DNA of 63,747 bases, counting the filler, from Rhabdomonas costata (taxonomy: Eukaryota): assembly GCA_019059605.1 (NCBI GenBank). It is 34 parts of 34 records of this genome, joined end to end, with 100 filler letters (N's around TTAATTAATTAA, not from the genome) between each part and the next. Parts side by side here need not be neighbours in the genome. Positions count along the whole stretch, not along the records: positions 1 to 1,779 come from JAHMHO010009180.1; positions 1,880 to 3,658 come from JAHMHO010009181.1; positions 3,759 to 5,536 come from JAHMHO010009182.1; positions 5,637 to 7,415 come from JAHMHO010009183.1; positions 7,516 to 9,296 come from JAHMHO010009184.1; positions 9,397 to 11,175 come from JAHMHO010009185.1; positions 11,276 to 13,053 come from JAHMHO010009186.1; 27 more parts are not named here. One strand, written 5' to 3'. The notes under the pieces were generated by a model that worked only from the letters and a program-made list of their open reading frames with translations, did no database searches and was not told the DNA's origin. Each line of letters begins with the position of its first letter. The stretch's first letter is position 1. Below, one piece after another: positions 1 to 13,026 of the stretch. The position numbers were made by a program, and so were the translations under genes.

Positions 1-1779
1 GTGTTGGGTGGGTTGGTGGGCGGTGAAGGGGTTCCGGTGCATCTGCGAGCGTGCCATTGATCGTTCGGGAAAAAAAAGCAGGGGCAGCTCCTGTGGAACA
101 AGTAGCGAGGACACTTTCGGAATGAACGATTTGGCGGTCCACGGTGGGGTATTCAGTGGGGATCACAAGACACGGAAATGCGAGAACCTTGCCTTGAACG
201 AAATCTGTGACACGGTGGCATGGGCATAAATCCTGTCCCTGCTTCGGCGACAGCATTGACCACCGGCCAAGCCAGAATCATGGAGCTTCTGAGCCCCACC
301 GCTCTCCCGTGCCAAAATTCAACTCGCGCCGCATGGAACCACGTCGTCCTCCAAACTCCCGCAAAAACTATGGAACCCATCATAAGGGAGCTCTCACCCA
401 TCTTTGCGTTCACAGGGGGCACAAACGCAATTTAATGTGGAAGAGGAATTAGAATAGAGCAGTAGACACACAAGGGAGGCGTCTGCGTGCCTGGCTCACA
501 TGGGGTCAGAAGGCAGAGCACGTGCAAAGTGGGGATCTGACAGCAACTCGCGTGAAGTTGCGAGGCAAGAAGACGTCTAACGCCCCCCCTTCCCCAACTG
601 TGCATGGCCGTCCAGAACAATCCTTTGCTATGTGGCGAGATTTATTTGTCAGTGTCAGCGTTTCAGGTCCCTGATTCCTACCCAACGGGCAGTACGAAAC
701 CGATAACTGAAGCTAAAATGGTCTGCCACAATGGCCAAATAATGTAATAAAATGTTGGTGAGTGACGAGGCGATGTGCTGCGGAAAGGTTGTGATGCTTC
801 AAGGTGACGTGAACCAGCGAATGGCGAATGACGAACAGCACCTCAGGGACCACTTTCGTGCAGACAATTCGAAACAACAAAACACAGCTGGACAAATGCA
901 CGTGTGCGCGTTTGCGGACGGAAACGAAGAAAAGAAAAGGGCATAGTTAGTGGCAGGCAAACCGCAACTATGAAGTAAGGCATGCTAACGTTAACGCTAA
1001 CCTTGTCGAAAGGGGAGGAGTGGTGCGGTGCGTCACAAGACAAGTGCAGGTGTAATTTGCTGGACAAGACATAACGCAAACTACGTTGCGTGCAAAACCT
1101 GCGTGTTTGCAATCCCAGGAGACGGCAGCGTGCATAGAGATGGCAACGTAGTTGGGTGAGAAGGGGGAGGGGGGCGAAGAAGGAGTAAACACTTATCACA
1201 GAAGCAATGGGGAAGCCGGGGAGACCCTGAAAGTCAACCCCACATGACTGCAAAACACCCAAGGAGAAGGAGGCTTCTATTCCCAGTGGGTGTGAGTGTG
1301 TCACGAACGGCAGGTCAACCAAACCCGACATAGAAAAAAGGACATGGTACAACTGTCTTGCGAGGAGGTCAGCGCGAACTTTCCTTGCCACACGTATATA
1401 AGAGGCAGGTATATAAGAGGGTCCCTCTTTCTGCGCTCTTTCCCAGAGAAAGAGGGACACGAGCAGAAGCGTTCAACGCACGTAAAGCAACTTATGGCGT
1501 TTCTTGATGTCTGGCAAGAAAACATTATGAGAAAAAAATGAATGCGGGCGCACACGGGGATTCAGGTGCCAGCGTCCTGCCGTGGATATGTTGACACTGA
1601 GAGGGATATGATGAACTTCACGCGCGACAAATGTACTACACTAACTGCAAAGAACTCCACAGGCACCCAGTCATAACACAGCAAAAAAAAAAGTGGCACA
1701 ATAGCGGCTTTACTGTCACATGTACAGAATCCCTTTGGCGGACCACGCGGATCCACACTCAAAAAGCGTACCCCCAACA

Positions 1780-1879
1780 NNNNNNNNNNNNNNNNNNNNN
1801 NNNNNNNNNNNNNNNNNNNNNNNTTAATTAATTAANNNNNNNNNNNNNNNNNNNNNNNNNNNNNNNNNNNNNNNNNNNN
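1780..1879. other. Artificial contig spacer (N44-TTAATTAATTAA-N44); recurs about every 1.88 kb through the window
   Basis: Identical 100-nt block whose core gives stop codons in all six frames. Sequence on either side is unrelated, so gene neighbourhood across spacers carries no information. Confidence 0.99.
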
Positions 1880-4581
1880 GGTGGGGAGAGCGGGGTGGGT
1901 TGGGGGCTCGGCAAGCTCCCCGGCGTCGTCTGTCCCAGGGGCTGGGCTCACTGGAACAACGTCCATTCTTTCCAAATTCGCGCACCCCTCGGACGCAAAC
2001 GCAGTATCCCCACCACCAGAAAATACAGAAAATAGAAAACCCAGACTTCAATGAAGGACACTTGTTAGATGATATTGAGACCATGCGTGGGACTATTCAC
2101 CATCCATTGTGGGTCTGACTAAATATATCAGGCAGGAAAGCGTTTCGATCTGGTGACCAAGCAGATGCACGACTGTGAAGTCATCAGAGCTCCACTATCA
2201 CTATCATATAGCTCCATCGTGAGGGGCGAAATAAATTTAGCCGCCCAACAAAATGTACATTCATCTCAAATGTCATCAGAATCCCCAAGAATAAGAAACT
2301 CCACGTTCAATTCAGAACCACCGGGAGGGGGATTCCTTTCCCTGTCTCTTGCAGGAAATCAACACAACAATTACAGATCAATAATACGTCTGGGTTCGCA
2401 CACCAACACGCCACGGCCCCCCAAAAGTGAAAAAGGCAACCCCACAGCAAGTATAACGGAATGAGGGCAGCAACAGAAGCAAAAAAAAAAGGGGGGGAGA
2501 AAATAAAATAGAGCAACCCAAAAAGTGAAGAAAAAAACAGCAGAGAGACGTGCAGAAAGACAAAGCAGGAGAAGAGCAGTAGAAGCAAGAGGAACCCCAA
2601 CGGCCCGTGCATAAAGGGACTTATGCGCAGAGAGCGAAAATGGTTGGGGCCAGAGGCGCGCGTTCACTGCGGAGCGGAATTCCTCGGTTCACGTCCCCGC
2701 TTCCTTTTTCTGTGCTGCTTCTACCTCTTTTGAGTTTTTTTGGGTTTTGTTTTTTTTTGCTTTTTTTTTGTGTTTGAAGTTTTATTTATTTTTTTCAGGT
2801 TTTGTTTTTTTTGTTTTTTTTGTCCTTTTTCGCCTTTCGGCATTTTTTGATAAAAGAAAAGGAAAAAAAAGGTGGGAAAGACTCTCTCACAACCGACGGG
2901 GCAAACGGGCCCCGTTCTGAGGAAGCAACGCACATTGAAAACTTCTCTGGAGGCCGCTTTCCACCTGAAACACACTCCTCGCCTTTCTTTTGTTCGAGCC
3001 TCCAGCCTGCCGAGCGAAAGAGAGAGACACAGGGAGAGCGACAGCGTGAGCGCAGTTCAAGAACTGGGGTAAAACGGCAATCACGAGTGGCAAAAACACT
3101 CGACAAAGCAACTCTCTCACTACTCACCACTGTGGGAGAGAAGTTGCGGGCGCCTGAGAGGTTCTGAACGGAACTGAGCGAGGGGACGGGTTGGGAAAGC
3201 AAGAGAGGCCATGGTGCGTGAAAGGGAACCGGTGACAAACACACACGTTTCATATTGGGAAAGCAACTGGGTCCCGTTTACGAGCACCACGAGAAGAACA
3301 CTTTAGACAGCAAAAGCCACTAGACAATTCGCAGGATGATGTACAAAGAAGGCTACGTTAAGCTTTACATTTTTTGTAAACGTGTGCTACTACAGCGGGC
3401 GTTGGATCTAAGAAGTCCCCCCTACAAGCCAAAAATGCACTTGGCCCCACTTGCGGGGTTGAAGGCAAAGAAACGTCCTCAGAAAAATTTCCCCCACCTG
3501 CTTCACCAACCTGGCAATCTAATAGTAATGAAATAATCTGAGGTCTGACCTCCCCATGCGCCACCTGAAGGCGAGCCCCCAAGACACAAACTCATCAAAA
3601 CGGCCATGACGCCTCAACTCGTTGATAACTTGACTTGCGACACCACTGCGCCTTCCCANNNNNNNNNNNNNNNNNNNNNNNNNNNNNNNNNNNNNNNNNN
3701 NNTTAATTAATTAANNNNNNNNNNNNNNNNNNNNNNNNNNNNNNNNNNNNNNNNNNNNCAATTTTCGGAGCTGGGAGTTGACGTTAAAAAAAGACAAGAG
3801 GACACCCGTCCACGTGGACTTTTAGAATAATTTTGTTTCCATCAAAAGGAGCTGGATCCTGTCAGTCTCCGCTTTTGCAGCGTTAATTACACTTCTTTTC
3901 GGTTGTTTTTTTTTTTCTTCGTTTTTCTTGCCCTTACGGGATCACGGACCACAGGCATGCCTGCACAGACGGGGTGCCGACAAAGGGCTCTACCACCATC
4001 AGGCCATCGCTCCTGCTTGGGAGAGTAAGCAATGCCTGCATTTGGGGGTGAAAGGTTCTCGTCGGCGTGTACTATTGGTCTCCAATTCCGCGCAAAAAGG
4101 TGCGCAGGCACAGCTACTCGCATCACAGCCAAACAGAATCGACTTTCCAATGTTGACGGTGAGTCAAAATAAATAAAATAATCTCTCGAAAGGAAAAGTA
4201 GCGCAAATGTTGACAGTATTCAATGTCGTGTTTTGAATGATGATACGAAGCATCATCGCCAATTTTGACGTGACGCTCACCAGGAAGGGGGTCCCCCCGC
4301 TTTCCTCCAGCACATCTTGTTTCCGTCTCCAGAGCATGTTTTCTTGCACCACCCCCCGCTTCTCACCATGCACCCCGCCCCTTGTCCTTCCCGTGTCCTT
4401 ACCACTCCTGTGTCCTTTAATCTCGTTTCTTACCTCCTTTCCCCCATTGTTGCTGGAGTCCTCTTGCTCTCTTATCATTTGTTTTTTCTGCTTGCACTGG
4501 TGATTCTGTTGTCTATTCCGCTGTTTCTCTTCTTTCAGTAAAACCGATATATGATATGATATGTTTGCTTTTTTTTTGCAG

Positions 4582-4935
4582 GGAAGTTCATCTCGAATGG
4601 ATACAAAGACGTCTTCTTCGCAGTTGTTTTCGTGGTTCACCTGATTGGAATTCTTGTCCTGGCCTGCTACTCGTATGCGCACCACCTTTCAACACTGTGC
4701 GAATTTTTTGACTTGGAACATTTGCTTTCTGTTGTGTGCGTTTTTCAGGTTTGCGACATTAAATTGGAAGCACAGCGCTTCGCTGGGTGGGCGCCTGGGC
4801 GATGGCCAGTGTGAATCACTGCCTTTTTGCTCTTTGTTCTTTGAGTGCTTCTCCTTGTGCTTTGCTCCTTTCCTTTCCTTTATTAAGGGCTTTCAATCCC
4901 GAGGACATGCTCATTGCCGTCGGCGCATCCATAGG
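4582..4935 (+). CDS. Choline transporter-like (CTL/PNS1 family) membrane protein, N-terminal fragment
   Basis: GT-AG exons 4582-4672, 4749-4808 and 4888-~4935 give KFISNGYKDVFFAVVFVVHLIGILVLACYS...AFNPEDMLIAVGASI. This resembles the 'DxxFxxLFxxHL' TM1 motif of CTL/PNS1. The middle exon donor is uncertain. Confidence 0.5.
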
Positions 4936-7900
4936 TGCATCTCACGTTTTCTGCTTGTTTTTTGCTGACATCGCTGCATCAGAGCATTTTCGTGGCTGTA
5001 CTTTCACTTTCAAAGGTCCAAACGTACGGCAACAGTTCTTGTTCTGTGTCCTTTGCTTCTGGAGGAAAACGCATCTTCACCGCATCGATCATATATTAAA
5101 CCATGATTGGATCTTGGGACGTCAAGGTTTATCTGGTTTCCTAAATTCAACGGAGCCAGTTCTTCAATGCTCAACACGTCGCTTCAAAAGCTCGCTATCG
5201 CTCCGCAAAAAAACACGAACAAAAATAGTGTTGTTGAGCAGATGCCCCTGAGGTAAAAAGTAAAAAAAATAATGATAAGAAGCCTCTGCTCTTCTGTATG
5301 TATAAAAGACCCCGGGCCTGCTTCGGCTTTACCCTGAGTGACGGTGCCAATAATGAGTATATAATGGATCAGCTCCGGAGTTCCGGAGCTGAAGTACAGT
5401 GTTCGTCAAAACTGAGTCAAGGAGGGCCCTTCTGGACTTTTGAGAGATGGAAAAGAGCGGGTCATCAAATGATGCACCGACAACACAACCAACTGCTGTT
5501 TTTTTTTCGGTAGCTTTTGCGCTGCCCCCCCCCCCCNNNNNNNNNNNNNNNNNNNNNNNNNNNNNNNNNNNNNNNNNNNNTTAATTAATTAANNNNNNNN
5601 NNNNNNNNNNNNNNNNNNNNNNNNNNNNNNNNNNNNGGGGTGGGGGGCTACTATTTTGCTCTTTTCCGGAGGGGTCTCTCAGCGCGCTTCATTCGGACTT
5701 GCTTTGGCTGGAATAGTCTCTTGGCTGGCGTCAGGGTGCCCTTGCACATAAGAGATTTTGTGCGTGCCCTGGCCCTCGTGGTGTCGCCCCGACGGGAAGC
5801 TGTTGAATTCTGTCCGCAGTGCATTCGAATCCTGTTTGACAGTCTGGTCAACCACCCCCAGCCATCACTTACCACCCACCATTCACTCCTTTGTTGATGC
5901 CCCTGCTTCTTGGGTCTCTCCTTTCCTAGATAAGGTATATTGCTTACCCTTGTTCATTCGTGTGTCGGTGGAAGTCAGAGACCTTGACCCACCCACACAC
6001 ATACACATAGCTGTTTCCTCGCCCCATTGCCTCCGCGGTGCCCATGCCTCCCATAGTGTTTTCTTTTCTTTTTCTTTTTCTTTCTTCATCCTCTTTTTGC
6101 CTTTGGGTCCTTTTGCGTGCATCGCGTATGTACCTAACGTGAACTGCCCACACTCACTCCATCCCCGTCACCGTTGTAGCGTGTACGCGTGCGACCGGGT
6201 CTCTCTTCTAGCATTCCAGCACTTCTCCCCCTCTTTTCTTGCGCCTCCCTGGTGTTTTCCCGTTTCATTTCCCCCCGTTCTCCCCTGCTTGGTCTATCAC
6301 GGCATACAAGTCCCAGTTCTGCATTGCTTCTCATTTCCTCCCATCTCGTCGGCCGTTGTCAAGAATATTTTTTGCGGTTCTTCTTTCGTCTTCGACCAGC
6401 AGCCCACTTCGCAAGATGGAAACGGGGGGGGGGTGAAATCCTTTGTGCAGGATAGTTGTCTAGTTCAGCTCAGCTCCTTCCTCTTCATCGGCGCCCACGC
6501 GGGGCAGCTGGGGACCCTGTTGCAAGCCGTCTGGGCGGACGCTGGTGGGGAAACGTGCCCTCTCTTTCAGATTTCCCATTCAGCTTTCCTTCCTAAGAGA
6601 ATGGCCTGATCGGGCTTCGGGTTCTCCTTGCGAGCTGCCTCATCGCCTGAGTGCGGGGGAAAGAGGGAGCAAATTCCCTCTCCCGGGAAAAGGGCGGGCT
6701 GTCCCTTAGAGCCTTTTTGTGGGAACGTTTCTGAGTTTCAGGGACTTTCCTTTGTTGTTTGCTTTCGTGATTTTCTTGCCGTGCCCGTAAATATTTCCCT
6801 CGTACGTTTGCTTTCCTTTCTTAGGCTCCCCGATGGGTTCTCCCGTGGGGTCCCACCCCATCCCTCGCCAGGGTGTTTCTTAACTCTTCTCTCCCGAGCT
6901 TCGATTGACGATGCAGGCTCTGTGTGCGCCCTGAGATTGCCAATCTCTAACCGGGACCGGGGTGGAAGGGTTTTTTGGTGGAGTTCTGGAAACAAGCATT
7001 GTCCTGGTCCTGGTGACCGCGTTGTGGCGGCCCCCGCGGCAGCAGAAGTATTCATTCCATTGCGAGTCAGGGTATTCCCCAGTTCTTCGTCATTGCTATT
7101 ATCTGGCGGTGTTCCCATCTGAGCATGTCGCCAGCATGTCGCGCTGCCTTTTTTCAGCAGAAAAAGGAATGCCTCTGCTTTGAAAGACCAGCGCTTCTGT
7201 TGCCATATTGGTGAGTGGACCAGCGTGTCTCATAAAGCTGCCATCTCTTCTCTATTTCATTTCTTCTTCCCTTTTCTGGTATCCTTTTCCGTACTGGACC
7301 ATTTACCCGAAGCAATATGTCGTACCTTACCGCTGCTCCGTGCAACGGAAACCTCCAGCTTTCTTACCCCCGTCCCGCTCCCGCCAATCCCGCACGCGGT
7401 ACTCACCCACCAACANNNNNNNNNNNNNNNNNNNNNNNNNNNNNNNNNNNNNNNNNNNNTTAATTAATTAANNNNNNNNNNNNNNNNNNNNNNNNNNNNN
7501 NNNNNNNNNNNNNNNGGGTTGGGGGGAGGGGCAGAACCAGTGGATTCCTCATCAGCTACATGCAATCATTGGCATCACTACCTACCTTTACGATGCTCCT
7601 CGCAACGACGCGAGTGACCCTAGCGATGCGCTGAATCTGATTTGAACCTGATCGGCCGTGACGTTCAGCAAGGGAAAGGAAGTCAGGAACCCTTCCAACA
7701 CGCCACCACACACTCATCACCACACACCATACACCCACCAGACACACACATGCACACACACAGACGCTCACGTGTAACTGGTACATATCAGTTCGAGGGG
7801 TAGTCAAAGCCAGAATGGTGGCTGTGGCTGAGCCATGCCTCCGATTCCACCGCACATTCGCTGGGACACCGTCCGGTCTTAAGCGCCGCCCTTCGCTTGG

Positions 7901-8062
7901 GGGGCCTTACTTAGCATTAATGCATGGTGCGGGAAAACACAAGTGTAGAAAATGAAGAACCGCGAAAGCGCTGAGTGCGGATTTAACGCCAGCGGGTGTA
8001 TTTTTTTTTGGAGCATCACGCTAACAAGGCATACACACAAAAGCAGAAACTCAAACACAAAC

Positions 8063-8928
8063 CCGAGAGGGTGAGGGTAACTTCAATGTAGGGGTCGTTG
8101 AAAGTGTGCCGGATAATCACCGCCGCAAAGCGACCCAGGATGTACCCCGCGAGGATGCCCCCAAAAACCAGGATCACCATCCTTCGCATCATTTCTGGGA
8201 AGCCGGAGACATCCTGAAGGAAACCGCACTCCCACACGCGCCGACACATCCACTGCGGACGAGTTCGCTGCGGTCCAACCCTCCATGTGGCCCGCCATGG
8301 CCGCCAATCTGGACACAACTGGATGGAATGGCACAGTCGTCCAAAGCTTCAAGTTCTTCAAGTTTCCACCAAGGTCGACGGGGACTTGGCCATCAAATAC
8401 CCTTTCCGAGAGAAGGATACTTCTATCTGGTCACTGCTTTTGTGCAGGCTGGATCTTGGAGGTGAAAAGCTCAGCTGGGCTAATGGTCACTCGCAACGTT
8501 CACATTGGAATGCAGACCTTGCATATACTAGCTGGGAGCTCTGCCGCAACCCAGAGCTTTCACAAAAAAAACAGAACAAATGCTGAAATGGCTCAAGACT
8601 GAGACTCCAACTAAGCAGGAAGGGAACGACGAAGGCCGCGACGTCACGTCGAAAAAAAATCTGGAGAAGCAAAGGCTCGGCTCGCTGCTGCACAAATGCA
8701 TCCCGCTCGGTGGCACGCACTGTTGTTTCAAGAATTGACTACGTTAACCGAAAAAATGACACTGTGGCAAGGCGGAAAGGGAATAAGGGCCCTTCTACCA
8801 CTCCCGCACCCAACCTGCTCTTGCAAAATGGCCGCCTCGATGAACTCAAACATCACAATCGCGGAGGCGTCGTTGAACAAGCTCTCGCCCTCCACAAGCG
8901 TCTGCAGCTTGATATCCGCACCCACTTC
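8063..8928 (-). CDS. CPA1 Na+/H+ antiporter (SOS1/NhaP-like), internal fragment
   Basis: Exon 8928-8815 encodes EVGADIKLQTLVEGESLFNDASAIVMF, which contains the GESLxND hallmark. Exon 8213-8063 encodes ...GGILAGYILG...FNDPYIEVTLTLS. They are joined by a phase-0 GT-AG intron. Confidence 0.9.
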
Positions 8929-9396
8929 CTACAAAAAGAAAACAGAGGAGCGCAGCAACTGAAACAAAAACATCTTCAAGCCGTCCACTCGAATACGAAG
9001 CCAGTCGTCAGCTGACGATGAGAGGTGTCGTCTTCCTTTTCATTTCTCGTTTTAGTCGACCTGTTTCTCCCATGAGCTCTTCCACCCCGGCGATTATTCC
9101 GCAGTGTGGCCCCTGTTTCCAAATAAGGATTGGCCAGAGAGGGCCTTCAGGTATGGACAAAGCCGCAAAGTCCAGCAAGAAGAGAGGGTGGGTGAGAGAA
9201 AACCAGGGAACCTGCCAGGTCACTCCACAAAAAGGTGGCTTGGGAAGTAAACGATAAGAAGAGAAAAGGAAGAGGAAAAAGGTCAAGCCAGCTGCGNNNN
9301 NNNNNNNNNNNNNNNNNNNNNNNNNNNNNNNNNNNNNNNNTTAATTAATTAANNNNNNNNNNNNNNNNNNNNNNNNNNNNNNNNNNNNNNNNNNNN

Positions 9397-10142
9397 AGTC
9401 GGGTCAGCCTGCCCAGGATCTCGGCCTTTTCCCGAGAGAGCCGCTCGACCTCGTGAGAGAGTTCCTCGCGGGCCCTCTCGCGGAGAAGCTCAGCCTCCCG
9501 AAGGTCCTAAAGGACACGGTACACCATTTGACAAGGCATTTCAGCCAACTCGGTCAGTTCAGCCCCTCCCTCTCCCAGCATGCGCAAAACCCCCGCAAAG
9601 CATTGAATAACCAATCTCTCTTCCAAACAGGTAAACGACGACGAGAGCACTGCCAAGTAATGACGATCCGCTGACGTGAAGCCACTGGACGCATATAGGG
9701 CAGCCAGCAATTCCTTCAGAGGCCTTCAGATCCCTGGCCCGGTAGTGTGGGGATCAATGACCTAGCGCCTGCAAGTGGGAATTAATTCAAACACCAAACC
9801 AGTCCACTCCATCCGGTTTCGTGCATCTTGTGTATGTGCCAGTGAGGCTTTTTCTTGAAGAGCTGTGAAAGAAAGGGTAGCGGGGCAAACCCAACCAACC
9901 TCCTCCAGCTCGCGGATCCTCTGCACCAGCTGCTGACCCAGCTCTGCGCTGCGGCACAGGTCGGCATCTCTCCGCCGCAGCTCTTCCTTCAACAGCTCCT
10001 TGTCTGGGCTGTGCCCACGGGCCGGGCCTCCTCCTTCGGCCGCGGGAGAGCCCCTTCCACCCCCCTCCTCCCCGAAATGGTAGGAGGCATCACAGTCGCT
10101 GGAGTCACTGGAGGGATCCACACCAGCTCGGATCTGAGACAT
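9397..10142 (-). CDS. Coiled-coil protein with N-terminal CC1-box-like motif (HAP1/BICD-like), 5' part
   Basis: ATG at 10142. Exon 10142-9900 ends ...LKEELRRRDADLCRSAELGQQLVQRIRELEE. After a GT-AG intron, exon 9506-9397 continues DLREAELLRERAREELSHEVERLSREK with a heptad pattern. Confidence 0.65.
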
Positions 10143-11318
10143 TCTCCTCAAACTTCTTGTCCCGAACGTAACAGAAACCCACCGACCGAAAAAACAGCGT
10201 ACTTACAGCGAACAGAACATGGCAATAAGAAGCAACGCCGAGCACGGCGGACACAAACAGCCTGGGGTAGGTGCAATGACAGAAGCACAGTTATGAAATA
10301 ATTCCGCCGATACTGGGCAATGCATATTGGGGCGACTGGGAAGGCTCTTGCAGGGCACGTGCCACATGATCGTTCGTGTATCACAAAAACATGTATCATG
10401 CAATAGACCCGAGAGCATTCAACCTCGCAGCTCACAACAAAAGCAGTGATGCGAGCACTCTGCTGCTGCGGGCTAAACATTAGGGGCATCCTCTGTCCAT
10501 TTTTCCTTTGTGTAGAGTCCTTCTTGATTCAAAAAACGCGGCAAAACGTCCGCATGCATAAGATCCATGTACAAAAGCAGTTCCAACTCTTGAGCGCGAG
10601 ACTGGTTGCAGATAATAGACCAAGAGAACGGAAAGAAGTTTTGTGTGGGCACCAATGCAGTGCAGCGATGCACTCCTCTACCAATTTACTGGCCCTCACA
10701 CAAAAATTGGAACTCCATCCCACAATGGAACAGCAGACAGCAGTACGAGGCACATGTCGCAGTTCGGCCAACATCATAGACCCCACTTCCCGCTCAAAGA
10801 GAGCCCCTGCACCCCACAATCCCAAGCCCACTGCGGCGTACGACCCTCCCAATAGTCGCTGCATCCGAACGAGGTGCATGTGTACAACAACAGCAAAATT
10901 TTCGCCTTGTATTTGTATGCCCCTTCACCTCCACCAGCCCACCTGCTTCTCATTCCCTCGTCCAACTCTCTTCTCCACTTTTCCGACTCGAGATGTACAA
11001 CAGCAGCTCAGCCCGCGTGGTGCCGAACCCCCACCCCTCCTTGATCGGTGATCCTCAGCAGTAGATATAATATTCGCAAGCTTCACTCGGGCAGTTCCAA
11101 CCATCACCTCTCTTCCCACCCCCCTCCCTCTCCCGATCCCAGGTCGCAAGTTCTTCCTTTTACACAAACACACACNNNNNNNNNNNNNNNNNNNNNNNNN
11201 NNNNNNNNNNNNNNNNNNNTTAATTAATTAANNNNNNNNNNNNNNNNNNNNNNNNNNNNNNNNNNNNNNNNNNNNGTGTTGGTTTTTTACCTCATCCGTT
11301 ACTGGCGCTGTTTTTCAG

Positions 11319-12320
11319 GGATGGCGACCTGTTGTTCAGCTCCTCTAAAGACAGCTCCCCAACTGTGTGGAACGCAGAGACTGGCGAGCGCCTGGGAACG
11401 TACGAAGGTCACCAGGGTGCGATTTGGGACATTGAAGTGAACTACCTGAGCACCCTGGTTGCAACGGTTTGTCCTGTGCAGCGTTTTGTCTGTATTTCTG
11501 ACCCTTCTGGGGGGTGACACAGCCTCGTGCATGGGAGTGAAGGGAGGTGCAGCGTGTGAGCATTTCTGTGATACATGGCATCCAATTTTTACATCTTCAT
11601 TTCCAGGTCTCCTGTAAAGGCGTGAACCCGTATTTTCCGAGAGGTGGTTTATTGTTTTCACGGTGATAACCTTACGAGGCAACCCCTCCCCAATACTTTT
11701 CTGGTATATGAGCTTATTTCTGCAAATTCATCGGTGTTGCGTGAACAAGAGTGTGGCGAGAGCTGTAAAACCATTGAGGGGTGATGCTGGACTTGATCTA
11801 TCCATGCTCGTAAGATGTGAATGGGATTTTTCCGGCAACCTTGTCCGGAGTGTTTGTTTGTCTGTTCCGTAGGCTGGTGCGGACCAGTGTGTGAAGCTCT
11901 GGGACTGCCTGAAGGGAGACTGCCTTGCCACCATTCACCATCCCACTCCTGTCCGAGGGGTGGCCTTCGCTCATGGAGACACTATGCTGCTCACGATTAC
12001 TGACACCAGCTTCGGCAACACCCCCGCAATTCACATCTACAACCTCCCCGGAACCACCCCGGAAACCATTCGGAATGCCAAGACCGAGTACAACCCCATG
12101 CTTTCCTATGCGGTATGCACGTTTTAAACGAGTAGGAAGAAGCGAAGGCTTTAATGATTTACTTAACGTTGCCCACAAGTCGATAACGTCTTGCTCCTGT
12201 ATTTCGTTTCTGCAGGTTCCGGAAAAAATCACTTGCGCCCTCTGGGGCCCCACCAACGACACCATCTACTTCTCGAGCGAAGATGGAAGCATTTGCATCT
12301 TCGATGTGGCCCAGCAGAAG
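11319..12320 (+). CDS. EIF3I: Translation initiation factor eIF3 subunit I (WD40), internal fragment
   Basis: GT-AG exons 11319-11466, 11873-12112 and 12216-12320 give DGDLLFSSSKD..TVWNAETGERLGTYEGHQGAIW..AGADQCVKLWD..KITCALWGP..EDGSI, a characteristic eIF3i/TIF34 sequence. Confidence 0.93.
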
Positions 12321-12685
12321 GTTCTTTGCTTCTCTTTTGTTCTCTTCGCGGCAACGTCTTGTTCGGTCGCTAAGCAAAACTTCGGCCTCGGTGAAGTATG
12401 GGGGGTGTACGTTATACGTATAACGGCGCACGATGCGTATAACGGCGTTATTCGCGTTATACGCATTACTGAGTGTAATCATTTTTTTGGGTGGACCCAC
12501 CATCCCCCTCTTCGTGGGGCTCTGGCGGTAAGCCGGGCAGCTGTTTTGTCTCTTATTTGCCCCCCACCTCTTCGCCTATTCTTCCCCCACTATGAACATG
12601 TTCATTTGACTCGCCTTCCTATCAAAGTTGGCCCGACCTGATTTCAGCTCTTAGCCCCTCTCCGGCCCTGACCGGATTTGATTTC

Positions 12686-13026
12686 CACTCCACCCTTACA
12701 CGTCCGCCCTGATTCCTCGCCGACCTCAACAACTTCCAGCTCAGTGTCCTAGCCAACGCCGACTTCCACCTCTGCCCCTTGTCTTAAGCCAACGTTCACT
12801 CCGACGTTAACCCTCAGACTTTCAAACGTTGCCTACGCCTCGCTTGAGGTCGACTAACACTCCACCCTTACACGTCCGCCCTGATTCCTCGCCGACCTCA
12901 ACAACATCCAGCTCAGTGTCCCAGCCAACGCCGACTTCCACCTCTGCCCCTTGTCTTGAGCCAGCATTCACACCGACGTTAACCCTCAGACTTTCAAACG
13001 TTGCCTACGCCTCGCTTGAGGTCGAC
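12686..13026 (+). repeat. Tandem repeat, two near-identical copies of a 172-bp unit, truncated by contig end
   Basis: The unit starting cactccacccttacacgtccgccc occurs at 12686 and 12858. The copies differ by a few substitutions. Confidence 0.93.

Noticed and set aside
1824-1835. TTAATTAATTAA recurring at ~1.88-kb intervals, like a regular array
   Set aside because: It is a synthetic six-frame-stop linker inside N runs, not biological. ORFs ending in X..LIN are artefacts of it.
2730-2870. K-rich and F-rich ORFs
   Set aside because: They derive from T/A homopolymer low-complexity sequence.
7279-7288. GTATCCTTTT, a second perfect U12 5' site match
   Set aside because: It lies in a pyrimidine tract just downstream of a canonical GTGAGT donor (~7211). 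There is no supported exon before it and no branch site before the contig end.
8410-8419. GTATCCTTCT on the minus strand inside the Na+/H+ antiporter gene
   Set aside because: It is mid-intron. The flanking exons join in frame by ordinary GT-AG, and no U12 branch motif was found.
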